The notes below the pieces were generated by a model. That model made no database searches. It had not been told where the DNA came from and worked only from the letters and a program-made list of their open reading frames with translations. From NCBI GenBank assembly GCA_036387555.1, contig DASVTN010000014.1, positions 1,734 to 65,733 on the forward strand: 64,000 nt of DNA, written 5' to 3'. Shown in pieces: positions 1 to 9,212 of the stretch. Numbering within the stretch: position 1 is the stretch's first letter; each line of letters starts with the position of its first letter. The position numbers were made by a program, and so were the translations under genes. This stretch comes from Allosphingosinicella sp. Its GTDB lineage: Bacteria; Pseudomonadota; Alphaproteobacteria; Sphingomonadales; Sphingomonadaceae.

Positions 1-130
1 AGGAGCGAAGCGACGCGGCAATCCAGATGCCGAGCCCGCCACGAGGGCAAATCCGGACTGCTTCGCTGCTGCGCAGCAGCAGTTTATCCTGAGCGCCGCC
101 GCAGGCGGCGCCGAAGGGCTCCCGATGACG
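1..130. repeat. Partial alphaproteobacterial palindromic (REP/RPE-like) intergenic element, cut by window start
   Basis: GAGCGAAGCGACGCGGCAATCCAG...CTGCTTCGCT...GATGACG layout with nested hairpin GCGCCGCC-gca-GGCGGCGC. Confidence 0.5.
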
Positions 131-141
131 GAGAAGCCGGC

Positions 142-609
142 ATGAACGACCTTCCCTACCGCCCCGCCGTGGGCGTGATGCTGCTCAACGCCGAGGGCAA
201 GGTCTGGGTCGGCCAGCGGCTGGATAGCACCCTTGAGGCGTGGCAGATGCCGCAAGGCGGGCTGGACAAGGGCGAGGAGGCCGAGGAAGGCGCCCTGCGC
301 GAGCTTGAAGAGGAAACGGGGATCGGCCGCGACAAGGTGGCGATCGTCGCCCGCCACGGCGAGGAGCTCTGTTACGATCTGCCCGAAGAGCTGGTCGGCA
401 AGCTCTGGAAGGGCCGCTGGCGGGGACAGCGTCAGACCTGGTTCCTGGCCCGCTTCCTCGGCTCGGATTCGGACGTCCGCATCGACACGCCGGAGCCGGA
501 GTTCCGAGCCTGGAAATGGGCCGACCCGGCGGACCTGCCGGCGATGATCGTGCCCTTCAAGAAGAAGCTGTACGAGGATGTGGTGGCGGCGTTCCGGGAC
601 CAGCTTTGA
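142..609 (+). CDS. rppH: RNA pyrophosphohydrolase (Nudix)
   Basis: YRPAVGVML start, WQMPQGG motif, Nudix box GGLDKGEEAEEGALRELEEETG, GQRQTWFL, FKKKLY. Confidence 0.93.
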   Translation: MNDLPYRPAVGVMLLNAEGKVWVGQRLDSTLEAWQMPQGGLDKGEEAEEGALRELEEETGIGRDKVAIVARHGEELCYDLPEELVGKLWKGRWRGQRQTWFLARFLGSDSDVRIDTPEPEFRAWKWADPADLPAMIVPFKKKLYEDVVAAFRDQL

Positions 610-615
610 GCGGTT

Positions 616-701
616 CCCGTCATCCCGGCGAAAGCCGGGATCCGAGGACAAGAAGTCTCGGCGGGTCTCCCCGAGGTCCCGGCTTTCGCCGGGATGACGG
701 G
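616..701. repeat. REP-like inverted repeat, family A
   Basis: CCCGTCATCCCGGCGAAAGCCGGGA ... TCCCGGCTTTCGCCGGGATGACGGG; inverted sister copy at 34685-34768. Confidence 0.85.
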
Positions 702-748
702 CTGAGACGGTGTTGGCTGGACCCCTTTCTCCGGCTAGAGCCCTCCCG

Positions 749-1960
749 ATGCGGGGCCTGACGAAAGACGAAGCGGCGGCGGTCGAGCGCTCGGCCGGAG
801 AGCCGATGCTGGCTCAGGTCGAATCCTGGGCGGCGGTCAACAGCGGCTCGCACAACCTCGCCGGCCTGGCGGAGATCGCCGGGATCCTCGCCGACGCGTT
901 CGCGGCCCTGCCGGGCGAGCTCACCCTTCGCGAGCCCGGCCTGGTCGACTCGGTGACCGCCGCCGGCGAGCGCCTTCCCGTCCGCCACGGCCGCAACCTC
1001 CATCTCGCCGTCCGCCCGCAGGCGCCGGTGCAGCTGCTCTTCACCGGCCATATGGACACGGTTTTCGCCGCCGATCATCCCTTCCAGGGCGTTTTGTGGC
1101 GGGACGAAGGGATCCTCGGCGGCCCCGGAGTCGCGGACATGAAGGGCGGGCTTGCCGTCCTGCTCGCGGCGCTGAAGGCGGTCGAGCGCTCCCCGCTCGC
1201 CGGCTCGCTGGGCTACGAGGTCGTGATCAACTCGGACGAGGAGGTCGGCTCGCCCGGCTCGTCCGCGCTGCTCGCCGCCGCCGCAAGGGGCAAGAAGGCG
1301 GCGCTCACCTACGAGCCTTCCGCACTGCCCGACGGCACCCTCGCCGGCGCCCGCCCCGGAAGCGGCAATTTCTCGCTGATCGTCCGGGGCCGAAGCGCCC
1401 ATGCCGGCCGCAATCCCGAGGAGGGGCGAAACGCCCTGCTCGCCGCGGCCGAGCTTGCGCTTCTCCTGGACCAGGCGAAGGGCGAAGGGCTCAGCGTCAA
1501 CCCCGCCCGGATCGACGGCGGCGGACCCAACAACGTGGTCCCCGATCATGCAATTTTGCGAATAAATATGCGCCCCGCCACCCGGGCCGATCAGGAACGG
1601 GCGCAGTCCGCCCTCGAAGAGGCGATCGCCGGCGTTGCGGAGCGGCGGGACCTATGCATAACCATGCACGGGGGGTGGGGCCGGCCGCCCAAGCCCCTCG
1701 ATCCGGCCACCGAGAATCTGTTCGCCCTGGTCGGGCGCTGCGGCGCCGATCTCGGCCAGCCGATCGGGTGGCGGGATTCCGGGGGAGTGTGCGACGGCAA
1801 CAACATCGCCGCCTGCGGGGTCCCGGTGGTCGATACGATGGGCGTGCGCGGCGGCTCCATCCATTCGGATCTGGAATATCTGATCGTCGAGAGCCTGGCC
1901 GAACGGGCGCGGTTGTCGGCCCTGACGATCCTCAGGCTGGCTCGTGGGGAGGATTTGTGA
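749..1960 (+). CDS. M20 family metallo-hydrolase in arginine succinyltransferase cluster
   Basis: GHMDTV, GPGVADMKGG, DEEVGS, GxSAHAG, GGVCDGN, HSxxE motifs; stop overlaps astA start. Confidence 0.88.
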   Translation: MRGLTKDEAAAVERSAGEPMLAQVESWAAVNSGSHNLAGLAEIAGILADAFAALPGELTLREPGLVDSVTAAGERLPVRHGRNLHLAVRPQAPVQLLFTGHMDTVFAADHPFQGVLWRDEGILGGPGVADMKGGLAVLLAALKAVERSPLAGSLGYEVVINSDEEVGSPGSSALLAAAARGKKAALTYEPSALPDGTLAGARPGSGNFSLIVRGRSAHAGRNPEEGRNALLAAAELALLLDQAKGEGLSVNPARIDGGGPNNVVPDHAILRINMRPATRADQERAQSALEEAIAGVAERRDLCITMHGGWGRPPKPLDPATENLFALVGRCGADLGQPIGWRDSGGVCDGNNIAACGVPVVDTMGVRGGSIHSDLEYLIVESLAERARLSALTILRLARGEDL

Positions 1961-2976
1961 GCTTTCGCATACGCCCCGCGCGCAACGACGATTTCCAGGC
2001 GCTCTACGAGATGGCGAAGCTGACCGGCGGCGGCTTCACCAACCTGCCGGCCGATCGCGGAGCGCTCGTCGACAAGCTGATCCGGTCCGAGCAGGGGTTC
2101 GCGGCGCAGGTGACGGAGCCGGGCGACGAGCTTTACGTCTTCATGCTCGAGAATGCAGACACCGGCCAGATCCGCGGCACCTGCCAGGTCTTCGGAATGG
2201 TGGGCCGCGACGCGCCTTTCTACAGCTACCGGATCAGCACCCTCACCCAGACCTCCAAGGCGCTCGCCCAGACGTTCCGCAACGAAATGGTGACCCTCAC
2301 CACCGATCTCGAAGGCTCGTCGGAGGTGGGGGGCCTGTTCCTCCATCCCGGCGAGCGGGCCGGCGGCCTTGGAATGCTGCTCGCCCGGAGCCGCTACCTG
2401 TTCATGAAGCTCCACCGCGAGCGCTTCGCCCGGCGGGTCATCGCCGAGCTTCGCGGAGTCATCGACGAGAAGGGCGGCTCGCCTTTCTGGGATTCGATCG
2501 CCGGCCGCTTCTTCGGAATGACCTTCCAGGAGGCGGACGAGTTCAACGGCGCCCACGGCACCCAGTTCATCGCCGATCTCATGCCCAAGACGCCCATCTA
2601 CACCGCGATGCTTCCGGAAACCGCCCGGGCGGTGATGGGCGTCCCCCACCCGTCGGGGCGCGCGGCGATGAAGATGCTCGAACGGGAAGGCTTCCAGTTC
2701 GACTGCTACATCGACATCTTCGACGGCGGCCCGACCATGACCGCGCCCACCGACCAGGTCCGCACCATCCGCGAATCGCGCGAGCTGGTGCTGGAATCGG
2801 TCGACGACTCGGTCGAGGGGACGAACATGATGCTCGCCCGCGGCCGGCTGGAGGACTTCGCGGCCTGCTGCGGCGACGTCTCGATCTCCCCGGACGAAAC
2901 CGCCACCGTCAGCCGCGAGACGGCCGCCTTGCTCGGCATCGCGCCCGGCGACACCTTCCTCGCAATGGGGCGCTGA
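1957..2976 (+). CDS. astA: Arginine N-succinyltransferase
   Basis: GTG start at 1957; GFTNLPAD, SEVGGLFL, AELRGVIDEKGGSPFW, YIDIFDGGPT motifs. Confidence 0.92.
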   Translation: MSFRIRPARNDDFQALYEMAKLTGGGFTNLPADRGALVDKLIRSEQGFAAQVTEPGDELYVFMLENADTGQIRGTCQVFGMVGRDAPFYSYRISTLTQTSKALAQTFRNEMVTLTTDLEGSSEVGGLFLHPGERAGGLGMLLARSRYLFMKLHRERFARRVIAELRGVIDEKGGSPFWDSIAGRFFGMTFQEADEFNGAHGTQFIADLMPKTPIYTAMLPETARAVMGVPHPSGRAAMKMLEREGFQFDCYIDIFDGGPTMTAPTDQVRTIRESRELVLESVDDSVEGTNMMLARGRLEDFAACCGDVSISPDETATVSRETAALLGIAPGDTFLAMGR

Positions 2977-4229
2977 TGCCGCTTCGGGAGATCAATTTCG
3001 ACGGAATAATCGGCCCGAGCCACAATTATTCCGGCCTCAGCCTCGGCAACATCGCCTCGGCGACCAACAAGGGGCTCGTCTCCCACCCGCGCGGCGCGGC
3101 TCTTCAGGGGCTTGCGAAGATGCGCCACAATCTTCGCCTCGGCCTGCCCCAGGGGCTGCTCCTCCCCCACCGCCGCCCCGACCGCGGCTGGCTCGCCGAG
3201 CTCGGCACCGCGGTGGAGGACGTGCCCGCCTCGCTCCGTCCCGCCGCCTTCTCCGCATCGGCGATGTGGGCGGCCAACGCCGCCACCGTCTCTCCTGCCC
3301 CCGACACCGCCGACGGCCGCTGCCACCTCACCGTCGCCAACCTCAGGACCATGGCCCACCGCAGCCACGAATGGCCCGAGACCCTCGCCCAGCTTCGCCT
3401 GGCCTTCGCCGACGCGGCGCGTTTCGCCGTCCATCCGCCGGTGCCGAGCGCCTTCGGCGACGAAGGCGCGGCCAACCACATGCGGCTCTGCGCCGCCCAC
3501 GATGCGCCGGGCGTCGAGGTGTTCGTCTACGGCCTCCGCGGCGGCGCCTTCCCGGTCCGCCAGCACGACGAGGCCAGCCGCGCCGTGGCCCGCCTCCACG
3601 GCCTCGATCCGGACCGGGCCTTGTTCGTTGCCCAGTCGGAACAGGCGATCGCCGCCGGCGCCTTCCACAACGACGTCGTCGCCGTCGCCAACGGCCACGT
3701 CCTCTTCGCCCACGAGCAGGCGTTCGAGGATCGTCCGGCCTTCTACGCGGAGCTCAGGCGGCTGCTGCCGGAGGTGGAGATCGTCGAGGTCCCGGCCGGC
3801 GCGGTCAGCCTCGAGGACGCGATCCGAAGCTATTTGTTCAACGCCCAGCTGGTCACCCTTCCCTCCGGAGCGATGGCGCTCATCCTTCCCGAAGAGGCGC
3901 GCGAGACGCCGTCGGTCTGGGCCTGGCTCCAGTCGATGATCGCCGGCAACGGCCCGATCCGCGAGCTGTTCGTGGTCGACGTCCGCCAGTCCATGGCCAA
4001 TGGCGGCGGCCCCGCCTGCCTGAGGCTGAGAGTGGTCGCCGAGCCGGAAGCGGTGGACCCGCGCTTCATGGCCGACGAGCCGAAGCTGAACCGCCTCGCC
4101 GCCCTCGTGGAGGCCGAGTGGCCGGAGCGTATCGAGCCGGAGGACCTTCTCGATCCGGCGCTGTGGGCCCGAATGGAGAGCGCCCGAGCCGCTCTTCTGG
4201 CGATGCTGGATCTGGAGGAGCTGATCTGA
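2976..4229 (+). CDS. astB: N-succinylarginine dihydrolase
   Basis: EINFDGIIGPSHNYSGLSLGN, SASAMWAANAATVSP, FGDEGAANHMRL, FHNDVVAV, SMANGGGPACLRLRV. Confidence 0.95.
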   Translation: MPLREINFDGIIGPSHNYSGLSLGNIASATNKGLVSHPRGAALQGLAKMRHNLRLGLPQGLLLPHRRPDRGWLAELGTAVEDVPASLRPAAFSASAMWAANAATVSPAPDTADGRCHLTVANLRTMAHRSHEWPETLAQLRLAFADAARFAVHPPVPSAFGDEGAANHMRLCAAHDAPGVEVFVYGLRGGAFPVRQHDEASRAVARLHGLDPDRALFVAQSEQAIAAGAFHNDVVAVANGHVLFAHEQAFEDRPAFYAELRRLLPEVEIVEVPAGAVSLEDAIRSYLFNAQLVTLPSGAMALILPEEARETPSVWAWLQSMIAGNGPIRELFVVDVRQSMANGGGPACLRLRVVAEPEAVDPRFMADEPKLNRLAALVEAEWPERIEPEDLLDPALWARMESARAALLAMLDLEELI

Positions 4230-4230
4230 A

Positions 4231-4363
4231 TTCCTCCACGAGCTTGCTCGGGGAGGGGGACCGCGCGAAGCGCGGTGGAGGGGAAGTACGATCTCCGAGA
4301 TCGCCCCTCCACCCCGACGCTTCGCGTCGCGGTCCCCCTCCCCCAGACGAGCTGGGGGAGGAA
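4231..4363. repeat. Palindromic RPE-like element, family B
   Basis: TTCCTCC...GGGGAGGGGGACC...GGTGGAGGGG...CCCCTCCACC...GGTCCCCCTCCCC...GGAGGAA; close relative at 28996-29132. Confidence 0.85.
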
Positions 4364-4431
4364 CTCTACCTTTGCGCTCCCGAGGATGTGGAAGCGAAGC
4401 CGCTCTTCCCCTGAGCCAACGCCCGTCGCCC

Positions 4432-5148
4432 CTAGGCCTCCGCGCTCCAGAAGATGTCGATCGGCGCGTCCACCGCAGCCAGAACCCGGCCGATGGGCGC
4501 CCCGGAAAGCGGGCCTTCCTTGACCGCCTGCTCGAGCACCCGGCGCTTCTCGTCGCCGGCGATGACGATCATGATCGCGCGCGCCGAGGTCAGGGCAGGC
4601 GCGGTCAGCGTGACCCGGTCCACCGGCGCGTCCTGCGGCATCGGATCCGGCCGGACTCCGACGGCCCGGCGCTCGCGCGGGCCGGCGACGGCGCGCTCGA
4701 GATCTGCGCCGGGAAAGATTCCGGCGGTGTGTCCGTCGACGCCCATGCCGAGGCAGGCGAGGTCCAGCGGCCAGCCGATCAGCGACAGCCGGGCGTCGGC
4801 GAGCCGGCCCGCCTCCTGGCGGTCGCCGAGCGCCGCCTCGTCGACCAGCGAGACGAGGCTGGCGCCCTTCGCGTCGAACCAGCCTTCGAGCTTGCGGTAG
4901 TTGCTGAGCGGATCGCCGAGCGCGACCAGCCTGTCGTCGGTGGGCATGATCGTCACCTTCGACCAGTCGACGGACTTCGATTTTGCCAGCTGGGCGAAGA
5001 TCAGGTCCGAAGTCGAGCCGCCGGCGAGGGCGAGCCGAGCGCCCTTATGCGCCTCGACCGCGCGTTCGATGACGAAGCCGATGTCCCCCGCCGCCTGCGC
5101 CGCCATTTCCTTGGCGGTGTCGAACTCCCACCATTCGATCTCGTCCAT
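4432..5148 (-). CDS. pgl: 6-phosphogluconolactonase
   Basis: Start MDEIEWWEF; LALAGGST, PTDDR, LGMGVDGHTAGIFP, RVTLT motifs. Confidence 0.9.
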   Translation of the reverse strand: MDEIEWWEFDTAKEMAAQAAGDIGFVIERAVEAHKGARLALAGGSTSDLIFAQLAKSKSVDWSKVTIMPTDDRLVALGDPLSNYRKLEGWFDAKGASLVSLVDEAALGDRQEAGRLADARLSLIGWPLDLACLGMGVDGHTAGIFPGADLERAVAGPRERRAVGVRPDPMPQDAPVDRVTLTAPALTSARAIMIVIAGDEKRRVLEQAVKEGPLSGAPIGRVLAAVDAPIDIFWSAEA

Positions 5149-5234
5149 GCCGTCACTTTCTCCGTTCAGAAGGGGCAAGGAACCCTCGCGACGCGAAGCC
5201 CGTTCCAGCCGCGACCGCCTTAGGGAGACAAACC

Positions 5235-5420
5235 ATGCCTGCCAAATCGAAAGCGCAGCAGAAGGCCGCCGGGGCCGCATTGTCCGCAAAGCGCGGAGAT
5301 ACGCCCGGGAGCAAGCTTCAGGGCGCGTCCAAGCAGATGGCCTCCTCGATGAGCGAGAAGGCGCTCGAGGAGCTCGCCTCGACGCCGCGAAAGGGCAAGC
5401 CGGAGCGCGTAAGCGGCTGA
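5235..5420 (+). CDS. DUF3008 family small protein
   Basis: MPAKSKAQQKAAGAALSAKRG signature; GGAG RBS upstream. Confidence 0.85.
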   Translation: MPAKSKAQQKAAGAALSAKRGDTPGSKLQGASKQMASSMSEKALEELASTPRKGKPERVSG

Positions 5421-5443
5421 GGCCGAAGCTCAATTCGTGCCGG

Positions 5444-5459
5444 TTAACGGCGCCTTCAC
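5444..5459. promoter_or_regulatory. Possible CtrA-type box upstream of PilZ gene
   Basis: TTAA-cggcgcc-TTCAC, one mismatch to TTAA-N7-TTAAC. Confidence 0.35.
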
Positions 5460-5525
5460 CTTAGCTGTTCACCGCCCGTGAGCAGCCGGGGCCGCATCTG
5501 CGAATGCATGACAGCGGAGGCGAAC

Positions 5526-6164
5526 ATGGACCTATCGACGCAATCGCCCGGGCCCGCCGAGGAGCAGGCGGACGAAGCGCGCCCCCTCGCCCCGATCTGG
5601 GCCGAGCCTCGGAGCCTGTTCTTCTTCCGGCTCGGCACCCTGGCGGGGGAGAGCGCCCGGTTCCAGGTCGAGATACTGGCACTGGCGGAGAGCGGCGCGA
5701 TCGTCCGGACCGGCCAAAGCCTTCATGAGGAGGCCCGGCTGGAGCTGGAGGTCAACTCCCATCACCGCTTCGCGGCGCGGGTGGAATGGACCAGCGGCGA
5801 TCTCGCCGGCCTGGAGTTCGAGGATCGGGAGTCCGTCCGGGAAACGCTGGCCTCCCGCGACCGCGCTCATCCCTACCGGGCGCCGCGGCTGGAGCTGTGC
5901 GCGGACGTCCTGCTTCGGCTGGGGGAAAGCTGCATCACCGCCCGCGCGAGGGACGTCTCCGAAGGCGGGATCAAGGTCGAGCTGGCCGATCCCGGCTATG
6001 TCGGCCGCGAGGCGCGGGTGATCGTCCCGGGCATGCCTCCCGTCGCCGGCCGGATCCTGTGGTGCCGCGACGGGCAGGCCGGCATCTCGTTCGAACGGCC
6101 ACTGCCCTTCGCCTGCCTCGCCGATTGCCTCACCCGAGGCGAGGCGGAGCGGCCAGCGGCCTAA
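5526..6164 (+). CDS. PilZ-domain protein (tandem PilZ-like)
   Basis: GGAGG RBS; RxxxR-like YRAPR and DVSEGG motif, WxxxxxAGxxF ends in both halves. Confidence 0.8.
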   Translation: MDLSTQSPGPAEEQADEARPLAPIWAEPRSLFFFRLGTLAGESARFQVEILALAESGAIVRTGQSLHEEARLELEVNSHHRFAARVEWTSGDLAGLEFEDRESVRETLASRDRAHPYRAPRLELCADVLLRLGESCITARARDVSEGGIKVELADPGYVGREARVIVPGMPPVAGRILWCRDGQAGISFERPLPFACLADCLTRGEAERPAA

Positions 6165-6615
6165 GTCCCGTCCCTCGGGCAAGGAGTCCGGCGGTCCAGG
6201 GCGCGGTGTCGGCCGGGAGCTTGTCCGGATCGAACTCGCGGACCGACTCCACCTCCAGGTTTCGGCGGGGGCGGTAGACGACGTCCCTCACCACGAACAA
6301 AGCGGAGCCGTCCCGGGGACCGGAGGCGGCGCCCGGATCCTCGAGCCGCTCGACGGCGCCGTGGGCCATGAGGCCGATCTCCTCGCGAAGCTCCCGGAGC
6401 ATCGCTTCCTCCGCCGCTTCGCCGCGCTTCACGCCTCCGCCCGGCAGCCGCCACCCCGGCGCATAGGTGAGAAGGACCAGCACGACCTTGCCCGCTTCGG
6501 TGAGCGGCACCGCATGGACTCCGCCGCCTCCGGCCCCGGCCGCCTTGCGCGCCGCCCGGCGCAGGCCGTGGAGGAAGGTGAAGACCGTCCGGATCAGGCG
6601 GCGCGGCAGGCTCAT
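6130..6615 (-). CDS. Nudix hydrolase
   Basis: PGGGVKRGEAAEEAMLRELREEIG Nudix box. Confidence 0.85.
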   Translation of the reverse strand: MSLPRRLIRTVFTFLHGLRRAARKAAGAGGGGVHAVPLTEAGKVVLVLLTYAPGWRLPGGGVKRGEAAEEAMLRELREEIGLMAHGAVERLEDPGAASGPRDGSALFVVRDVVYRPRRNLEVESVREFDPDKLPADTAPWTAGLLARGTGLRPLAAPPRLG

Positions 6616-6619
6616 CGGC

Positions 6620-7945
6620 TCACTCTATCTTCAGCCGAACGAAGAGCATCGCACCGCCTGGATCGCCGGAATAAGCCGGCTCCAGGGCCGGCGGGAGGAA
6701 GTTCAAGGCCCACAGCCCGCCGAGGCCGAGCTTCGCCCGGCCCCCCACCGGCCAGTCGTGGACCGCTCCGGCCGATGCCTTGGCGACGTCGTAGACCGGA
6801 CCGTGATGGCCGCCGACGCGGGTCAGCTCGTCCGTCTCGATCCGCTCGGCCCGGCCGAACAGGGTCCAGCGGTCAAGCGCCACGGCGCTTTCGAGCACGA
6901 AGGCGTCCAGCCGTTCATGCGCCTTCACTCGGCGGCCCCAGGCGAAGGTCGTCGACCACCAGCCCTTGTCGCCGATCGGGCGGGTGTGGATGGCGCTGGC
7001 CGACCAGCGGGTCTCGTTCTCGCCCGGCTCGAGCTGCTCGGGGGCGATGAGGCGCGTCCAGCTCGCCTGCAGGGACAGCGACCGGGCGGGGTTCCAGGAA
7101 AGCCGCGCCGCCGTCGAATCCAGCGGCCCGGTCTCGATGTCGAAGCGACGCTGGTCCGGCTCCCGGCCGTTGAAGCGCGAGGCCTCCAGCTTGACGTCCC
7201 CCGCCGCCAGGCCGGCGGTGACGACCCCGAACACGATGTGGGTGGAATCCAGCCAATGATGGCTGATCGGCGCTTCCGGCGAAGCCATGGCGGAGGCCCG
7301 GTGCATGAAGGGCGGCGGCCCGAAAGCGGGTTCGCCCGGAAGCCCGGCATAGAGGTAGAGATTCGCTCGCGCCGACAGCGGCAGGCTGTAGCTGGCCGAT
7401 AGCTCCATGAAGAGGTCGTGGGGGTGCTGGCGGTCGACCAGGGGATCGACGCCGTTCGCCGTCTCGCCCGCGGCGAGAAGCAGCGGATAGCCGCGGCGCC
7501 CCATCAAGGGATCGGGGCTGAGGCTGGCGCGAAGCTGGAGCGTTCCCGCCCCCAGCGGCCGCCGCGCCATCCCCATCACCATTCCGGTCACGAACCCCAT
7601 CTCGCCGCCGCGCGCTCCCGCCTGCCGGTCGTAGACGGCGTGGAGCGAGACGTGCCCCATCAGGGTCCACTCGCCGGCGGCGAGGTGCACGCCGCCGTGC
7701 GGAGAGGAATCCGGCTGCCAGGCGGTGCCGGAAGCCTCCCGCCGCGCCGGATGCGGCCCGAGCGCGCCGGTCATCGCGTGCGAATCCTGCGTCTCGGCCT
7801 GGACCGGCGGCGCGTGTCCGTCGTGCCCGGGCTCCGCCGCGACGTCGGCCGGGCGCTCGGGCGCGGCATGGCCGTCATGCTGCGCCGCCGCGGGGGAGGC
7901 CGCGAGCGCCAAAGCCGACAGCCCCGCGCTCAACGGGAATCTCAT
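6620..7945 (-). CDS. Secreted/outer-membrane protein with His-rich N-terminus
   Basis: Signal peptide MRFPLSAGLSALALAASPAAA, HDGH repeats, beta-strand-rich body, C-terminal MLFVRLKIE. Confidence 0.75.
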   Translation of the reverse strand: MRFPLSAGLSALALAASPAAAQHDGHAAPERPADVAAEPGHDGHAPPVQAETQDSHAMTGALGPHPARREASGTAWQPDSSPHGGVHLAAGEWTLMGHVSLHAVYDRQAGARGGEMGFVTGMVMGMARRPLGAGTLQLRASLSPDPLMGRRGYPLLLAAGETANGVDPLVDRQHPHDLFMELSASYSLPLSARANLYLYAGLPGEPAFGPPPFMHRASAMASPEAPISHHWLDSTHIVFGVVTAGLAAGDVKLEASRFNGREPDQRRFDIETGPLDSTAARLSWNPARSLSLQASWTRLIAPEQLEPGENETRWSASAIHTRPIGDKGWWSTTFAWGRRVKAHERLDAFVLESAVALDRWTLFGRAERIETDELTRVGGHHGPVYDVAKASAGAVHDWPVGGRAKLGLGGLWALNFLPPALEPAYSGDPGGAMLFVRLKIE

Positions 7946-8000
7946 CGCCTTGCTCCGCCGTGGAAGCGCGGCCGGCAAGGCCGTCGCCGGCCGCCGCCGC

Positions 8001-8216
8001 TCAATGGCTGCCCTGGTGGCCCTTGTGAGCGCCGGATTCCCCATGGCCGTCATGGCCCTTGTCCTTCTTGTGCTCCTCGCAGCATTCCATCTTGCGGCCC
8101 ATCATTTCGCAGCAGCACTTCTTCTCCGCCTTGGGGGCCGGGTCCGGCGCGGCCTCCGCATGGGCGGCGGCGGAGAATGCGAGGGCGAGCGCGGCCGCCG
8201 CGAGGTACGTCTTCAT
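8001..8216 (-). CDS. Small secreted Cys/Met/His-rich protein
   Basis: MKTYLAAAALALAFSAAAHA signal; KKCCCEMMGRKMECCEEH and His-rich tail; AGGAG RBS. Confidence 0.75.
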   Translation of the reverse strand: MKTYLAAAALALAFSAAAHAEAAPDPAPKAEKKCCCEMMGRKMECCEEHKKDKGHDGHGESGAHKGHQGSH

Positions 8217-8367
8217 GCTTCGTCTCCTGATTTTCCCCGGATGCGGGAATCCCTGCACCCGAAAACCGGCGTGCCGGCAGCGCTGATCGGATAGTCGCGC
8301 GGGCGCCGCCTTGCAACGCCGCGCGCTTTCCCACACCGCGTGAAGACGCTGCCGACGGGAGAATGCG

Positions 8368-8925
8368 ATGGGAAGGACGGTTCGAAGGATAGTCACCGGC
8401 CACGATGAGCGCGGCCGCTCCGTCGTTCAGGAGGACGGCTCGCCGGCGCGGGTGGTCACGCTCGGCGGCGAAAGCGGCACCACCTTCCACGAAGTGTGGA
8501 ACACGCGCTCCACCCCTGCCCCGATCGGCCGCGCCTCGGGCGAACCGGCCGAGCCCGGCATCTCGCTGCTTCCGCCCACCGGCGGGAGCCGGATCCGCGT
8601 GCTCGACATCCCCCCGGACGACGGCGCCGTCGCCGCCTTGCCCCGCGAGGCGGTGAAGGCGCTGTTCGAGGCGATCGGCGCCGGCCACACGCTTCCGGAG
8701 GACCCGCCCCACCCGCTCATGCACCGCACCGAGACCGTGGACTACGGCATCGTCCTCGAAGGCGAGCTCGTCCTCATCCTCGACGAGAGCGAGACGGTGG
8801 TTCGGGCCGGCGACATAATCGTCCAGCGCGGCACCAGCCACGCCTGGGCCAACCGCTCCGGCGCAAACGCGCGGATCGCCTTCGTCCTGATCGACGGGAG
8901 GTTCGAGGACGGGCTTGGGAACTGA
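8368..8925 (+). CDS. Cupin domain protein
   Basis: RRIVTGHD start, MHRTETVDYGIVLEGE and GDIIVQRGTSHAWAN cupin motifs. Confidence 0.9.
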   Translation: MGRTVRRIVTGHDERGRSVVQEDGSPARVVTLGGESGTTFHEVWNTRSTPAPIGRASGEPAEPGISLLPPTGGSRIRVLDIPPDDGAVAALPREAVKALFEAIGAGHTLPEDPPHPLMHRTETVDYGIVLEGELVLILDESETVVRAGDIIVQRGTSHAWANRSGANARIAFVLIDGRFEDGLGN

Positions 8926-8991
8926 AGCCGGGAACGCTCTCGAAGGGCGCGTCGCCCGGCTGGATCGGGTGCGGCCGCCCGAGGTGAAAGG

Positions 8992-9042
8992 AATTGGCGC
9001 GCCCAGAAGGATTCGAACCTCCGGCCCCCAGATTCGTAGTCT
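8992..9042 (-). repeat. att site: duplicated 3' part of tRNA-Arg
   Basis: 51 bp identical to 21887-21937 (AATTGGCGCGCCCAGAAGG...TTCGTAGTCT). Confidence 0.95.
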
Positions 9043-9212
9043 AAGTCTCCGGATTCGTAATCAATAGGCCGCTGTTTCCTGTAGCTGGATAACATTGGAT
9101 TACGTTGCTTTAGCAGCGACTTAGGACCGGACGCGAGTTGGATGCTGTTGGTCGACGCTGGCATCTAGTTGCTACAAATGGGTTACTCCCTGATTGCTCA
9201 AGGAGTACCCAA

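Noticed and set aside
1096-1956. N-terminal extensions of the astA and astB ORFs (1096, 1944) suggesting fusions
   Set aside because: Arg/Pro-rich out-of-frame read-through of upstream genes; real starts are 1957 and 2976 with stop/start overlaps.
8992-9042. Second tRNA-Arg gene
   Set aside because: Lacks the 5' acceptor strand and D-arm; it is the att duplication.
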